Of a stretch of 64,000 nucleotides of DNA, positions 52,779 through 62,618 are shown in pieces. The first letter of the stretch is position 1, and every line of letters begins with the position of its first letter. The position numbers were made by a program, and so were the translations under genes. The notes below the pieces were generated by a model, which worked only from the letters and a program-made list of their open reading frames with translations, had not been told where the DNA came from and did not search any database. This stretch comes from an uncultured delta proteobacterium (lineage in GTDB: Bacteria; Desulfobacterota; Binatia; DP-6), in assembly GCA_963815115.1 (NCBI GenBank), contig CAWFFN010000012.1, forward strand, positions 224,001 through 288,000. The letters are read 5' to 3'.

Positions 52779-53771
52779 ATGGCAGTCTACCGCATCTTCG
52801 GCTCGGAGCTCTCGCCCTACTCGGTGAAGGTGCGCTCCTACTTCCGCTACAAGCGCATCCCGCACGACTGGGTGGTGCGGAGCACGCTCAATCAGGCGGA
52901 GTTCGAGCGGCACGCGAAGCTGCCGCTGATCCCCCTCGTTCTCGGGCCGGACGGGAGCGCGCTCCAGGACTCGACGCCGATCATCGAGCGCATGGAGGCG
53001 GTTCACCCCGAGCCGTCGATCCATCCCTCCGATCCCGCGGCGGCCTTCATCTCGGCGCTCATCGAGGAGTACGCCGACGAGTGGGACAACAAGCCCATGT
53101 TCCACTACCGCTGGTTCTACGAGCCCGATCAGGAGTCCGGCGCCGAGCGCATCGCGCGCTCGATGAATCCGGAGGCCGACGCCGAGCTGCTCGCGGGGAT
53201 CCGCGCGGCGGTGAAGGCACGGATGGTGCCGCGGCTCGCGTTCGTCGGCTCGACCGCCGCGACCGCGGAGCAGATCGAGGCCTCCTTCCATCGCCAGCTC
53301 GCGATCCTCGAGCGTCATCTCGACCGCCGGCCGTATCTCTTCGGAGGACGTCCGGCCTTCGGCGACTTCGGCCTCTTCGCGCAGCTCTACGAGTGCTCGA
53401 CCGACCCGACTCCCGGGGCGGTCATTCGCGACCGCGCGCCGCGGACGCTGGCATGGATCGAGCGCATGCTCGACCCGCGCGCGGAGGGCGAGTGGGAGCG
53501 CTGGGACGCGCTCGAGCCGACGCTGCTTCCCCTCCTGCGTGACGAGGTCGCGGGGATGTTCCTGCCGTGGAGCGCCGCGAATGCGCGCGCGCTGGCCGCC
53601 GGAGAGAAGGAGTTCAGCGTCACGCTCGGCGGCAAGCCGTTCACGCAGGAGACGCAGCGCTACCACGCCAAGTCGCTGGGCGCGCTGCGCGCGCGCTACG
53701 CCGCCGTCGCCGACCACACGACGCTCGATCCGATCCTCGAGCGCGCGGGTTGCCGCGCCTGGCTGGTCTAG
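52779..53771 (+). CDS. Glutathione S-transferase family protein
   Basis: AGGAG RBS; SELSPYSVKVRSYFRYK, LIPLV, QDSTPII, EEYADEW, YLFGGRPAFGDF. Confidence 0.9.
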   Translation: MAVYRIFGSELSPYSVKVRSYFRYKRIPHDWVVRSTLNQAEFERHAKLPLIPLVLGPDGSALQDSTPIIERMEAVHPEPSIHPSDPAAAFISALIEEYADEWDNKPMFHYRWFYEPDQESGAERIARSMNPEADAELLAGIRAAVKARMVPRLAFVGSTAATAEQIEASFHRQLAILERHLDRRPYLFGGRPAFGDFGLFAQLYECSTDPTPGAVIRDRAPRTLAWIERMLDPRAEGEWERWDALEPTLLPLLRDEVAGMFLPWSAANARALAAGEKEFSVTLGGKPFTQETQRYHAKSLGALRARYAAVADHTTLDPILERAGCRAWLV

Positions 53772-53804
53772 GGCAGCTCTTGGGCTGACGATCGGCGCCG
53801 GCGC

Positions 53805-54419
53805 TCAGTGCGCGGGAGCGGCGCCCCAGACCTCCTCGAGGCGCGCGTCGCGCCCGCAGGTGTAGCGGTAGAAGCGATATCGGACCGGATTCTTCTTGTA
53901 GTAGTCCTGGTGGTAGCCTTCGGCGGGCCAGAATTGCCCGGCCGCGACGATCTCGGTGGCGATCGGTCCGGGCACCTTGAGCGAGCTCGCGATCGCCTGC
54001 TTCGACTCCTCGGCGAGCCGCTTCTGCGTGTCGTCGTGGTAGAAGATCGCGGTGCGATACTGGTGACCGTGGTCGCAGAACTGACCGTCGGGGTTGGTGG
54101 GGTCGACGTTGTGCCAGAAGACGCCGAGCAGCTTCTGATAGGAGACCCTGGCGGGGTCGTACACCACCTCGATCGACTCGGCATGGCCGGTGCCGCCCGC
54201 CGAGACCTCCTCGTAGGTCGGGTTCTGCTTGGTGCCGCCGGTGTACCCGGCCGTGACGGAGATCACACCGTCGAGCGCCTCGAACGGCGGCTCCATGCAC
54301 CAGAAGCAGCCGCCGGCAAAGGTGGCCTTCGCGGGCTGCGCGGCGGCTCCGCCCGCCTCCGCGGCCGCCACGGGCGTCGCGGCCGCGAGGACGAGGAGCA
54401 GCGATCGAATGACCCACAT
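53805..54419 (-). CDS. msrA: Peptide methionine sulfoxide reductase A (secreted)
   Basis: FAGGCFWC, GYTGG, PTYEEV, GHAE, GQFCD, AEGYHQDYY. Confidence 0.95.
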   Translation of the reverse strand: MWVIRSLLLVLAAATPVAAAEAGGAAAQPAKATFAGGCFWCMEPPFEALDGVISVTAGYTGGTKQNPTYEEVSAGGTGHAESIEVVYDPARVSYQKLLGVFWHNVDPTNPDGQFCDHGHQYRTAIFYHDDTQKRLAEESKQAIASSLKVPGPIATEIVAAGQFWPAEGYHQDYYKKNPVRYRFYRYTCGRDARLEEVWGAAPAH

Positions 54420-54509
54420 CGGTACACTCTGATGCTCGGGAACGGCCCGCGATACAACGCGCTGCCGCGGCTGCTTGACGCCGCCGCGGCGTCTGGGGCA
54501 CGGAGCATC

Positions 54510-55571
54510 ATGCCCTATCGCGTGATCCAGTGGAGCACCGGAAACGTCGGCAAGCTCGCCCTGCGCGGCATCATCAACCATCCGGATCTCGAGCTGGTCG
54601 GCCTCTGGGTCCATGGCCGCGACAAGGCGGGACGTGATGCGGGCGAGCTGTGCGGGCTCGGCCGGCGCGTCGGCGTGACGGCGACGAACGACGGCGACGC
54701 GCTCCTCGCGCTCGACGCCGACTGCGTCTCGTACACCGCCACCGGCGATTTGAGGCCCGCCGAGGCGACGGAGGACCTGTGCCGCATCCTCGAGTCGGGG
54801 AAGAACGTCGTGTCGACGTCGCTGGTGCCGCTGGTCTATCCGCCCGCGGCCAACCCGGACGTCGTCGAGCGCCTCGAGGCCGCGTGCCGCAAGGGCGGCA
54901 CGTCGTGCTTCACCTCGGGCATCGATCCGGGCTTCGCCAACGACGCACTCCCCATCCTCCTCCTGAGCGCCTGCGAGCGCGTCGACTCCGTCCGCGTGAT
55001 GGAGATCCTCGACTACGCCACCTACGACCAGCCGACCGTGCTCTTCGACACCATGGGCTTCGCGAATCCCCTCGATCACACGCCGCTGCTGCTCGTGCCG
55101 GGCGTGCTGACGCTCGCCTGGGGGCCCGTGCTGCACGCCATCGCCGCGGCGCTCGGCGTCGAGATCGAGGACATCCGCGAGACCTACGAGAAATGCCCCG
55201 CCGACTCGGCGTTCACCGTCCCCTCCGGACCGGTGCCGGCGGGCACGATGGCGGGCCTGCGCTTCGAGGTGCAGGGCATGGTGCGCGGCCGGGCCGCGAT
55301 CATCCTCGAGCACGTGACCCGGCTGCGTCCGGACGTCGCGCCCCAGTGGCCGCAGCCGGCCGGCGCCGGCTGCTACCGCGTCGTCATCGAGGGCATGCCG
55401 TCGATGATCTGCGACCTGCAGCTCCGCGGCGCCGGCGGCGACCACAACAACGGCGGTCTCGTCGCCACGGCGATGCGCATCCTGAACGCCGTCCCGGCGG
55501 TGTGCGCGGCCAAGCCCGGGCTGCTGTCGGTGCAGGACCTGCCGCTCTACAGCGCGCGCGGCCTGGGGTAG
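54510..55571 (+). CDS. NAD(P)-dependent amine dehydrogenase (DapB_N + DAP_DH_C type)
   Basis: QWSTGNVG, KAGRDAGEL, GKNVVST, SGIDPGFAND, ATAMRILNAVPAV. Confidence 0.8.
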   Translation: MPYRVIQWSTGNVGKLALRGIINHPDLELVGLWVHGRDKAGRDAGELCGLGRRVGVTATNDGDALLALDADCVSYTATGDLRPAEATEDLCRILESGKNVVSTSLVPLVYPPAANPDVVERLEAACRKGGTSCFTSGIDPGFANDALPILLLSACERVDSVRVMEILDYATYDQPTVLFDTMGFANPLDHTPLLLVPGVLTLAWGPVLHAIAAALGVEIEDIRETYEKCPADSAFTVPSGPVPAGTMAGLRFEVQGMVRGRAAIILEHVTRLRPDVAPQWPQPAGAGCYRVVIEGMPSMICDLQLRGAGGDHNNGGLVATAMRILNAVPAVCAAKPGLLSVQDLPLYSARGLG

Positions 55572-55597
55572 CGACCCGAGACGGAGTCTCGGGTCGC
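55571..55597. repeat. REP-like palindrome copy 4 between convergent genes
   Basis: (GTA)GCGACCCGAGAC-GGA-GTCTCGGGTCGC. Confidence 0.8.
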
Positions 55598-55621
55598 GCC
55601 TCCTGAAGCGGGTGACCCGGC

Positions 55622-57694
55622 TCACGCGGCCCGGGACAGGCCCGCCTGCCGCAGGAGCGCCGCCGTGCTCGGCTCGCGGCCGCGGAAGGCCTTGAACACC
55701 TCCATCGGGTGCCGGCTGCCACCGAGGGCGAGCACCGTGTCCCGGAAGCGCCTCCCGGTCGCGGCCACGGCCCGGGGATCCTCGAGCCCGGCTTCCTCGA
55801 AGGCCGAGAAGGCGTCGGCGGAGAGCACCTCGGCCCACTTGTAGCTGTAGTACCCCGCCGCGTAGCCGCCCGCGAAGATGTGGCTGAAGCTGCACAGGAA
55901 GCGATCCTCGGGCAGCGGCGGCATCACCGTGGTGCGCTCGGCCACGCGCCGCTGCACGTCGAACGGCGACTCCGCGGCGTCCGGCCGCCAGCGGTGGTGG
56001 AGCTCGAGATCGGTGAAGGCGAAGTAGAGCTGGCGCAGCATGTCCGAGCCCGCGCGGAAGGTGCGTGCGGCGCGCAGCTTCTCGAACAGCTCGTCGGGCA
56101 GCGGCGCGCCGGTGTCTACGTGGCCGCTCAGCCCGAGCAGCGTCTCGCGATGGTAGCACCAGTTCTCCATGAACTGGCTCGGTAGCTCGACGGCGTCCCA
56201 CTCGATGTTGCGGATGCCGGCGGCGAGCGGCCGCTCGACCGTCGTGAGCATGTGCTGGAGGCCGTGACCGAACTCGTGAAACAGCGTGTGGACCTCGTCG
56301 AACGTCATGCACGAGGGACGATCGCCGACGGGCGGAACCTGGTTGCAGATCAGGTAGGCGATCGGCAGGCGGCCCGGCGCGCGTCCGACGCACTCGTCCA
56401 TCCAGGCTCCCCCGCGCTTCTCGGCGGGCCGGCTGTAGGGATCGAGATAGAACGAGGCGCGGGGAACGCCCGTCGGGTCCTCGATGCGGAAGTAGCGTAC
56501 GTCGGGATGCCACACGGGCGCCTCGCCGTCGGCGGCGCGAACGCGCACGCCGAACAGGCGCTCGGCGAGCGCGAAGAGGCCGTCCAGCACGCGGGACAGC
56601 GGGAAGTACGGCCGCAGCGCCTCGTCGCTGTAGGCGTAGCGGCGTTCGCGCAGGCGTTCCGCCCAGAACGCGACGTCCCAGTTCGTGAGCCCCTCCGCCT
56701 CCGCGGCGCCCTCCTCGCGGGCGAGGGCGCGCAGCTCGTCGAGATCGCGAGCCGCCGCGTCGAAGCTCGCCCGGCGAAGCTCCTCCAGCAGGCGCTCGAC
56801 CGCCGCGACGCCGGGCGCCATCTTGCTGGCGAGGCTCAGCGCCGCGTAGCTCTCGAAGCCGAGAAGCGCGGCCTGCTCGCGGCGCAGGCCGAGGATGCGC
56901 TCGACGAGCGACGTGTTGTCGAGGTCGCCGCTGCTCGCGCGCGTGACGTGGGCGCGGTAGAGCTGCTCGCGCAGGTCGCGACGCCGCGAATGCTGCAGGA
57001 ACGGCACGGAGCTCGGCGTGTCGAGGGTGATCCGCCACGGCCCCGCCTCCGCGCTCGCGCCCTCCGCGCCGGCCTGGCGCGCGGCCTGCGCCGCCAGCTC
57101 GATGAGGCTTCCGGGCAGGCCGTCGATCTCCTCGCGAGTACGCAGCGTCAGCGCGAAGGCCTTGGTGGCGTCGAGGACGTGGTTGCTGAAGCGCGTCGAG
57201 AGCTCCGCCAGCTCGGTCTGGATCGCGTTGAAGCGCGCCTGCGCCTCGCCTTCGAGGCCGACGCCGCTGAGCTCGGCGTCGCGCACCAGGGACTCGACGA
57301 TGCGTTGCTGGGCAGCGTCGAGCGAGGCCCACGTCTCGCCCGCCCGGATCGCCTTCAGCGCGCGGTAGATCGGCTTGCTCTGGCCCATCCGGATGAAGAA
57401 GGCCACGACCTCCGGCTGCACCGCCTCGTGTGCGCGGCGCAGGGCATCGCTGTTCCTGACCCCCATCAGATGGCCGACGGTGCCCCACGCGAGCGACAGC
57501 GCATCGGTGATGCGGGTGAGCGGCTCGACGACCGCGTCCCACGAGGGCGCGGCGTCCGCCTCGAGTCGGTCGAGCTCGCCGCCGAGCTCGGCGAGCAGCG
57601 CACGTATGCCGGGCACGACGACCTCGGCGGTGACCCGCGCGAAGGGCGGAGGGGCCGTGCGCTCGAGGAGCGGGTTGCCGGGAGCGTCGTTCAC
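55622..57694 (-). CDS. prlC: Oligopeptidase A (M3 peptidase)
   Basis: NPLL, KRGGAWM, TLFHEFGHGLQHML, WDAVELPSQFMENW, GGYAAGYYSYKWAEVL. Confidence 0.93.
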   Translation of the reverse strand: MNDAPGNPLLERTAPPPFARVTAEVVVPGIRALLAELGGELDRLEADAAPSWDAVVEPLTRITDALSLAWGTVGHLMGVRNSDALRRAHEAVQPEVVAFFIRMGQSKPIYRALKAIRAGETWASLDAAQQRIVESLVRDAELSGVGLEGEAQARFNAIQTELAELSTRFSNHVLDATKAFALTLRTREEIDGLPGSLIELAAQAARQAGAEGASAEAGPWRITLDTPSSVPFLQHSRRRDLREQLYRAHVTRASSGDLDNTSLVERILGLRREQAALLGFESYAALSLASKMAPGVAAVERLLEELRRASFDAAARDLDELRALAREEGAAEAEGLTNWDVAFWAERLRERRYAYSDEALRPYFPLSRVLDGLFALAERLFGVRVRAADGEAPVWHPDVRYFRIEDPTGVPRASFYLDPYSRPAEKRGGAWMDECVGRAPGRLPIAYLICNQVPPVGDRPSCMTFDEVHTLFHEFGHGLQHMLTTVERPLAAGIRNIEWDAVELPSQFMENWCYHRETLLGLSGHVDTGAPLPDELFEKLRAARTFRAGSDMLRQLYFAFTDLELHHRWRPDAAESPFDVQRRVAERTTVMPPLPEDRFLCSFSHIFAGGYAAGYYSYKWAEVLSADAFSAFEEAGLEDPRAVAATGRRFRDTVLALGGSRHPMEVFKAFRGREPSTAALLRQAGLSRAA

Positions 57695-57741
57695 CGCCGG
57701 GACGCTAGCATCGCCGAGCGGTTGGCGGTAGCGACGGCGTC

Positions 57742-59313
57742 GTGCTCGTCGACCCCCACGTCCAGCCGCCGTCCGACCGACACGCCGCTCCGTGGTGGCG
57801 CGCGGCCGTCGTCTACCAGCTCTACCCGCGCTCCTTCCTCGACACGAGCGGGGACGGCGTCGGCGACCTCGAGGGCATCCGTCGCCGTCTGGATCATCTC
57901 GTCTGGCTCGGGGTCGACGCGATCTGGCTGTCGCCGATCTTTCGCTCGCCGATGGCCGACTTCGGCTACGACGTCTCGGACTACTGCGACGTCGACCCGC
58001 TGTTCGGATCGCTCGACGATCTCGAGCGGCTGGTGGCCGAGGCGCACGCGCGCGGGCTGCGCGTCGTGCTCGACTGGGTGCCGAACCACACCTCGGACCG
58101 CCATCCGTGGTTCGTCGAGGCGCGGCGGGACCGCGCGAGTCCGAAGCGCAACTGGTACGTGTGGCGCGACCCGGCGCCCGACGGCGGACCGCCCAACAAC
58201 TGGACCGCCGCCTTTCCGCCCGGTACTCGCGCGTGGACCCTCGATCGCGCCACGGGACAGTACTACCTGCACTGCTTTCTCCCGGAGCAGCCCGACCTCG
58301 ACTGGTCGAACCCCGAGGTGGCCGGCGCGATGCACGGCGTGCTGCGCTTCTGGCTCGACCGCGGCATCGACGGCTTCCGCGTCGACGTGGTGCACTGTCT
58401 CGGCAAGGATGCGGCGTTGCCCGACGATCCGCCCGACCTCGTCGGGGTGCCGCACTGCGCGCTGAACGACCATCCCGCGACCCACGCCGTGCTGCGCGGC
58501 CTCCGGCGGCTGGTCGACGGCTATCCCGGCGACCGTATGCTGGTCGGCGAGGTCTACCTCCTCTTCCAGCCCGACATCACCCGCTACTACGGCCGCGGCG
58601 ACGAGCTCCACCTCGCCTTCGACCTGCCCCGCACGCTGCACACGCCCTGGGACGCGGCCGCCTGGCGCGTGCGCACCGAGGCGGTGCAGACCGCATACGC
58701 GGCGGCCGGCGCGTGGCCGACGCTGGTGCTGTCGAACCACGACACGCCCCGGCAGCGGACGCGGCTCGGCTCCGAGGCGCGCGCGCGGGCGGCGGCGGTG
58801 CTGCTGCTCACGCTGCCGGGCACCCCGTTCCTCTATGCCGGCGAGGAGCTCGGCCTGGAGGATGCGATCGTGCCGCGCGACCGCCGCGTCGATCCCGGCG
58901 GGCGCGACGGCTGCCGCGCGCCCATCCCGTGGGACGCGTCCGCGCGGCACGGCTGGGCCGGCGAGCCGTGGCTGCCGTGGCCGCCGGAGCCGGAGCGCTG
59001 CGCACTGTCCGTGCTGCGCGACGACCCGACGTCGATCCTGCACCTCTACCGGCGGTTGCTCGCGGCGCGGCGAGCGTCGCCGGCGTTGCAGCTCGGCGAC
59101 TGGACGGTCCGCGAAGCGCCCGACGGAGTGCTCGCCTACGAGCGCGTCACGGGCGCGGACCGGCGGCTCGTGCTGGTGAATTTCACGAGCGAGCCGGTCG
59201 TGGTGCCGGCGGCCGGGCGCGTCGCGGTGGCGAGCGACGGCGGTGGCGAGGGAGCCGGGTTCGGGGGAGAGCTCGCTGCCGACGCGGCGGTGGTCCTGGT
59301 CCCGGGGCGCTGA
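57742..59313 (+). CDS. GH13 alpha-glucosidase
   Basis: VYQLYPRSF, GDGVGDL, DFGYDVSDY, VPNHTS, DGFRVD, VGEV, SNHD, RDGCRAP. Confidence 0.93.
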   Translation: MLVDPHVQPPSDRHAAPWWRAAVVYQLYPRSFLDTSGDGVGDLEGIRRRLDHLVWLGVDAIWLSPIFRSPMADFGYDVSDYCDVDPLFGSLDDLERLVAEAHARGLRVVLDWVPNHTSDRHPWFVEARRDRASPKRNWYVWRDPAPDGGPPNNWTAAFPPGTRAWTLDRATGQYYLHCFLPEQPDLDWSNPEVAGAMHGVLRFWLDRGIDGFRVDVVHCLGKDAALPDDPPDLVGVPHCALNDHPATHAVLRGLRRLVDGYPGDRMLVGEVYLLFQPDITRYYGRGDELHLAFDLPRTLHTPWDAAAWRVRTEAVQTAYAAAGAWPTLVLSNHDTPRQRTRLGSEARARAAAVLLLTLPGTPFLYAGEELGLEDAIVPRDRRVDPGGRDGCRAPIPWDASARHGWAGEPWLPWPPEPERCALSVLRDDPTSILHLYRRLLAARRASPALQLGDWTVREAPDGVLAYERVTGADRRLVLVNFTSEPVVVPAAGRVAVASDGGGEGAGFGGELAADAAVVLVPGR

Positions 59314-59328
59314 TGGCGTTGCCCCGTC

Positions 59329-61248
59329 TCAGAACTGGTACGTGAGGCGCAGCCCCGTCTCGCTCCGGCCCGAGTTGAAGCCCCCGAGACCCCAGGTCGC
59401 GAAGATCGGCGTACTGTGTCCGCGCGGGGTGATGAAGTAGCGCTGCGCGAGGTTGACCACGAAGTCGTCGCGCACGACGTAGTCCACCGACCAGAAGGCT
59501 TCCATGTTCCACTGGTTCACGGGATCGACGGCCATGCCGAGCACCGGGACGATGCTGCCGCCGCGGTAGAACGAGAAGGCCGCCAGCGTGAAGAGCGACT
59601 CCCAGCCGCGGATCTTGTCGCGGAAGGAGACGCGCGATCCGCGCACGCTCGACGGCAGATCGAGGCCGCCGACGAGGCACTCGCCGGCCTCGACGCGGGC
59701 CACCGGCGGAAGATTGGCGTTGTCCTGGCCGCGGCAGTGCTTGGTGTCGAGCAGGTTGTGCCAGAAGAACTGCCCGGTGAGGAACCACGTGCTCTTCTTG
59801 TTGAGCCACTTGATCCACGTCGGCCGGTCGAAGGCGAGCATGCCCTTCCACATGTTCTTCTTGGTGATGCCGGGCAGCGCCGGCGTGTCGATGACGCCGA
59901 CCTTCGAGGTGTCGAAGAACGGGATGCCGTTGTCGAAGATGGTCTCGAAGCGGAACACGGTCTGGGTGTAGGTCTCGTCCGAGTAGTTGGCCGAGAGGCC
60001 CACGGTGTGGATGTACGGCATGTAGGCCTCGGCCGGGAACGTGCCGTTCTGGAAGAGCCGGGTCGAGTGCGCGACGATCCTGGCGTCCTTCCTCGGGTGC
60101 AGCGGGTCGCGCAGCAGCACGCGCACCGGCGCCGAGTTCGTGCCGTCGCTGGCGACGTCCCAGCGCTGGTAGAAGTAGTTCAGGGTGAACTCGAGCCCGA
60201 ACGGCGCGATGCCGTGGTAGCGCACGCCGACCTGGCTGTTGTCGAAGGCGTTGCGGCTGTAGTTGCCCTGCTGGAAGAGCTGCGTGCCGTGGAGCAGCCG
60301 CACGCACATGGGCTGGCCGGCGCGCGCGCCGGACGTGGCCTTGAACGGGGACAGCCCGGCGCACGGGCCGTCGAAGAAGCCGCCGTCCACCGGATTGGTC
60401 AGCGGATTGTAGAACGGCAGGCCCCACGGGCGCGGCAGGAAGGTCAGCTTGGCGGGCCCCCAGTCGCCGGGGTTCCAGTACCACTCGAGGAAGCTCTGCG
60501 AGAACTTCCAGACGTTGCCGAGATCGTAGAGGAACTTGATCATCCAGAAGGGGCGGCGCAGCTCGTCCCACCCGAAGGCGGGAGGCGGGATCTCCTGCGC
60601 GAAATGCCAGGTGAGGTTGAGGGAGTTGATGCGGTCGAGCATCCGGAAGTTGTCGCTCTCGCCCCACACGATCTGCTGGCGGCCCCCACGGATGCTGAGC
60701 GGGATGCCGCGGAACTTGATGTCGGCGTAGAGCTCGCGCAGCTCGTTCTCGAACCTGAGCGTGTCGAGCCCCTCGGTGCCGAGCGACTGCAGGTTCAGGT
60801 TCGGGATGGTGAGCTTCTTGTTGGGGTTGCCCGCCTTCCGCGGCGGGATGCCGACCTGGGTGGCGTACTGGAAGTAGTTCAGGCCCTTGTAGTTCCGGCC
60901 GTGGATGTCCTCCTTCTGGAGGAAGCCGGGCGTGGTGGAGTAGATGCTGTCGTAGACGCCGCGCCAGAGCAGCGTGGCGGACGACTTCTCGATGAACGGG
61001 ATGTCGTACTTGGTGATGAACTTGCCGCCCTCGATCCAGTCGTAGTCGAGGCGGATGTGCGTCGTGTTGCGGTTCTGGATGTACTCCCAGGTGGAGGCGT
61101 CGGGCGTCCGGAACAGGTTCTGAGACTGGGCATTGCCCGAGATCTGCAACGGCCCGAAGCGGAGCGTGGCGCCGGCGTGTCGCGGAGACACTGCCAGCCC
61201 GCTGGCGACGAACCCGGCGAGGACGATCAAGAGCCGGCGGCGCGTCAT
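59329..61248 (-). CDS. DUF1302 family outer membrane beta-barrel protein (paralog 3)
   Basis: Signal peptide; LRELYAD, GRQQIVWGESD, LDRINSL, DELRRP; C-terminal LRLTYQF beta signal. Confidence 0.82.
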   Translation of the reverse strand: MTRRRLLIVLAGFVASGLAVSPRHAGATLRFGPLQISGNAQSQNLFRTPDASTWEYIQNRNTTHIRLDYDWIEGGKFITKYDIPFIEKSSATLLWRGVYDSIYSTTPGFLQKEDIHGRNYKGLNYFQYATQVGIPPRKAGNPNKKLTIPNLNLQSLGTEGLDTLRFENELRELYADIKFRGIPLSIRGGRQQIVWGESDNFRMLDRINSLNLTWHFAQEIPPPAFGWDELRRPFWMIKFLYDLGNVWKFSQSFLEWYWNPGDWGPAKLTFLPRPWGLPFYNPLTNPVDGGFFDGPCAGLSPFKATSGARAGQPMCVRLLHGTQLFQQGNYSRNAFDNSQVGVRYHGIAPFGLEFTLNYFYQRWDVASDGTNSAPVRVLLRDPLHPRKDARIVAHSTRLFQNGTFPAEAYMPYIHTVGLSANYSDETYTQTVFRFETIFDNGIPFFDTSKVGVIDTPALPGITKKNMWKGMLAFDRPTWIKWLNKKSTWFLTGQFFWHNLLDTKHCRGQDNANLPPVARVEAGECLVGGLDLPSSVRGSRVSFRDKIRGWESLFTLAAFSFYRGGSIVPVLGMAVDPVNQWNMEAFWSVDYVVRDDFVVNLAQRYFITPRGHSTPIFATWGLGGFNSGRSETGLRLTYQF

Positions 61249-61349
61249 GCCACCGAGTCAAGCGCTCGTGCGACGATCGAAGTCCGTCTTGGCCATCATA
61301 CGCATCACCCCCGTGATCCCCAGGATCGCTGGCCCGGAACAGGAAGCAG

Positions 61350-61377
61350 AAAAAGGCCCCGCTCGCTAGCGGAGGCC
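61350..61377 (-). terminator. Intrinsic terminator-like hairpin upstream of DUF1302 paralog 3
   Basis: Minus strand GGCCTCCGCT-AGCG-AGCGGGGCC-TTTTT. Confidence 0.45.
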
Positions 61378-61477
61378 GCTCTCCGGCAACGCCGCCCGCT
61401 GCGCGCCGGGGACGTTCGCGGGCGCGGGGGTGCCCGGCTTCTTGCACGGACGCTGCGCGCTCGGCTATCGCCGGCAC

Positions 61478-62566
61478 ATGACCGACCGTCCGTACCGCTT
61501 CTACGCCAGCGAGATCTCCTACTTCTCCGGCAAGGTGCGGCCGGCGTTGCGCTCCAAGCGGGTCCCGTACGACGAGATCCTGCCGACGACCGCCGCGTAT
61601 CGCGACGTGCTCGTGCCGCGCACCGGGCTCGCGATGATCCCGCTGGTGGTCACGCCCGAGGACGAGACCTGGCAGGACTCGAGCGACATCCTGGACGCAC
61701 TCGAGGCGCGCTTTCCGGAGCCGCCGCTGATTCCCGCGACGCCGGTTCAGCGTCTCGTCTGCCATCTCGTGGAGCTCTACGCCGACGAGTTCCTGATCCT
61801 TCCCGGGCTGCACTACCGCTGGAGCTTTCCGGAGAGCGAGACCCGCGCGCGGCAGGATTTCGCGATCATGACCGGCGACCCGCGGCGCGCCAACCGGTTC
61901 GCCGATCAGGTGAAGACGTTCGCCCAGCTCATCGGCGTGCGGCCCGAGACCGGCCCCGGGATCGAGTCGCACACCCGGGAGCTGCTCGCGCTCCTCGAGG
62001 CACTCCTCGAGACCCAGCCGTATCTCCTCGGGGGACGCCCGTCGCTCGCCGATTGCGCGCTCATGGGGCCGCTCTACGCCCATCTCTACATGGATGCGGT
62101 GCCCGCCCGGCTGCTGCGGGAGACGGCGCCCCTCACCTGCCAGTGGATCGAGCGGATGAACCATCCCGATCCGGATGGGTTCTCGGCGTGGCTGCCGGGC
62201 GACGCCCTGGCGCCGGCGCTGCGCCGGATGCTCGAGCTGATCGGCCGCGATGCGGTCCCCCTCGTCCTCGACACGGCGCGGGCGTTCGACGCCTGGGCCG
62301 ACGGCGCGGCGCCGGGCGTGGAGGAGCTGCCGCGCGGCGTCGGCATGCACCGCACGGCGCTGCGCGGCATCGAATTCGAGCGCTTCACGCTGTCGTACAC
62401 CCTGTGGATGGTGCAGCGCGTGCAGGCGGCGCACATGGCCCTCGACGTCAGCGGGCGCACGGCGGTCCGCAGCGCGCTCACCGGGACGGGCTGCGCCGAC
62501 CTCCTCGCCTGGGCGCCGCGCCACCGCGTCGTGCGGCGGCCGTTCAAGCTCTTCCTCGAGCGCTGA
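61478..62566 (+). CDS. Glutathione S-transferase family protein (second paralog)
   Basis: SEISYFSGKVR, MIPLV, QDSSDIL, ELYADE, HYRW, YLLGGRPSLAD. Confidence 0.88.
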   Translation: MTDRPYRFYASEISYFSGKVRPALRSKRVPYDEILPTTAAYRDVLVPRTGLAMIPLVVTPEDETWQDSSDILDALEARFPEPPLIPATPVQRLVCHLVELYADEFLILPGLHYRWSFPESETRARQDFAIMTGDPRRANRFADQVKTFAQLIGVRPETGPGIESHTRELLALLEALLETQPYLLGGRPSLADCALMGPLYAHLYMDAVPARLLRETAPLTCQWIERMNHPDPDGFSAWLPGDALAPALRRMLELIGRDAVPLVLDTARAFDAWADGAAPGVEELPRGVGMHRTALRGIEFERFTLSYTLWMVQRVQAAHMALDVSGRTAVRSALTGTGCADLLAWAPRHRVVRRPFKLFLER

Positions 62567-62582
62567 CCCTCCGGAAAGATTC

Positions 62583-62612
62583 TTGCATTGACAGTGCAAG
62601 AAGGGCTATCGT
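62583..62612 (+). promoter_or_regulatory. Sulfatase promoter with TTGCA-N7-TGCAA palindrome
   Basis: TTGCATTGACAGTGCAA overlaps -35; TATCGT -10 lies 6 nt before ATG. Confidence 0.55.
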
Positions 62613-62618
62613 CCGTCC

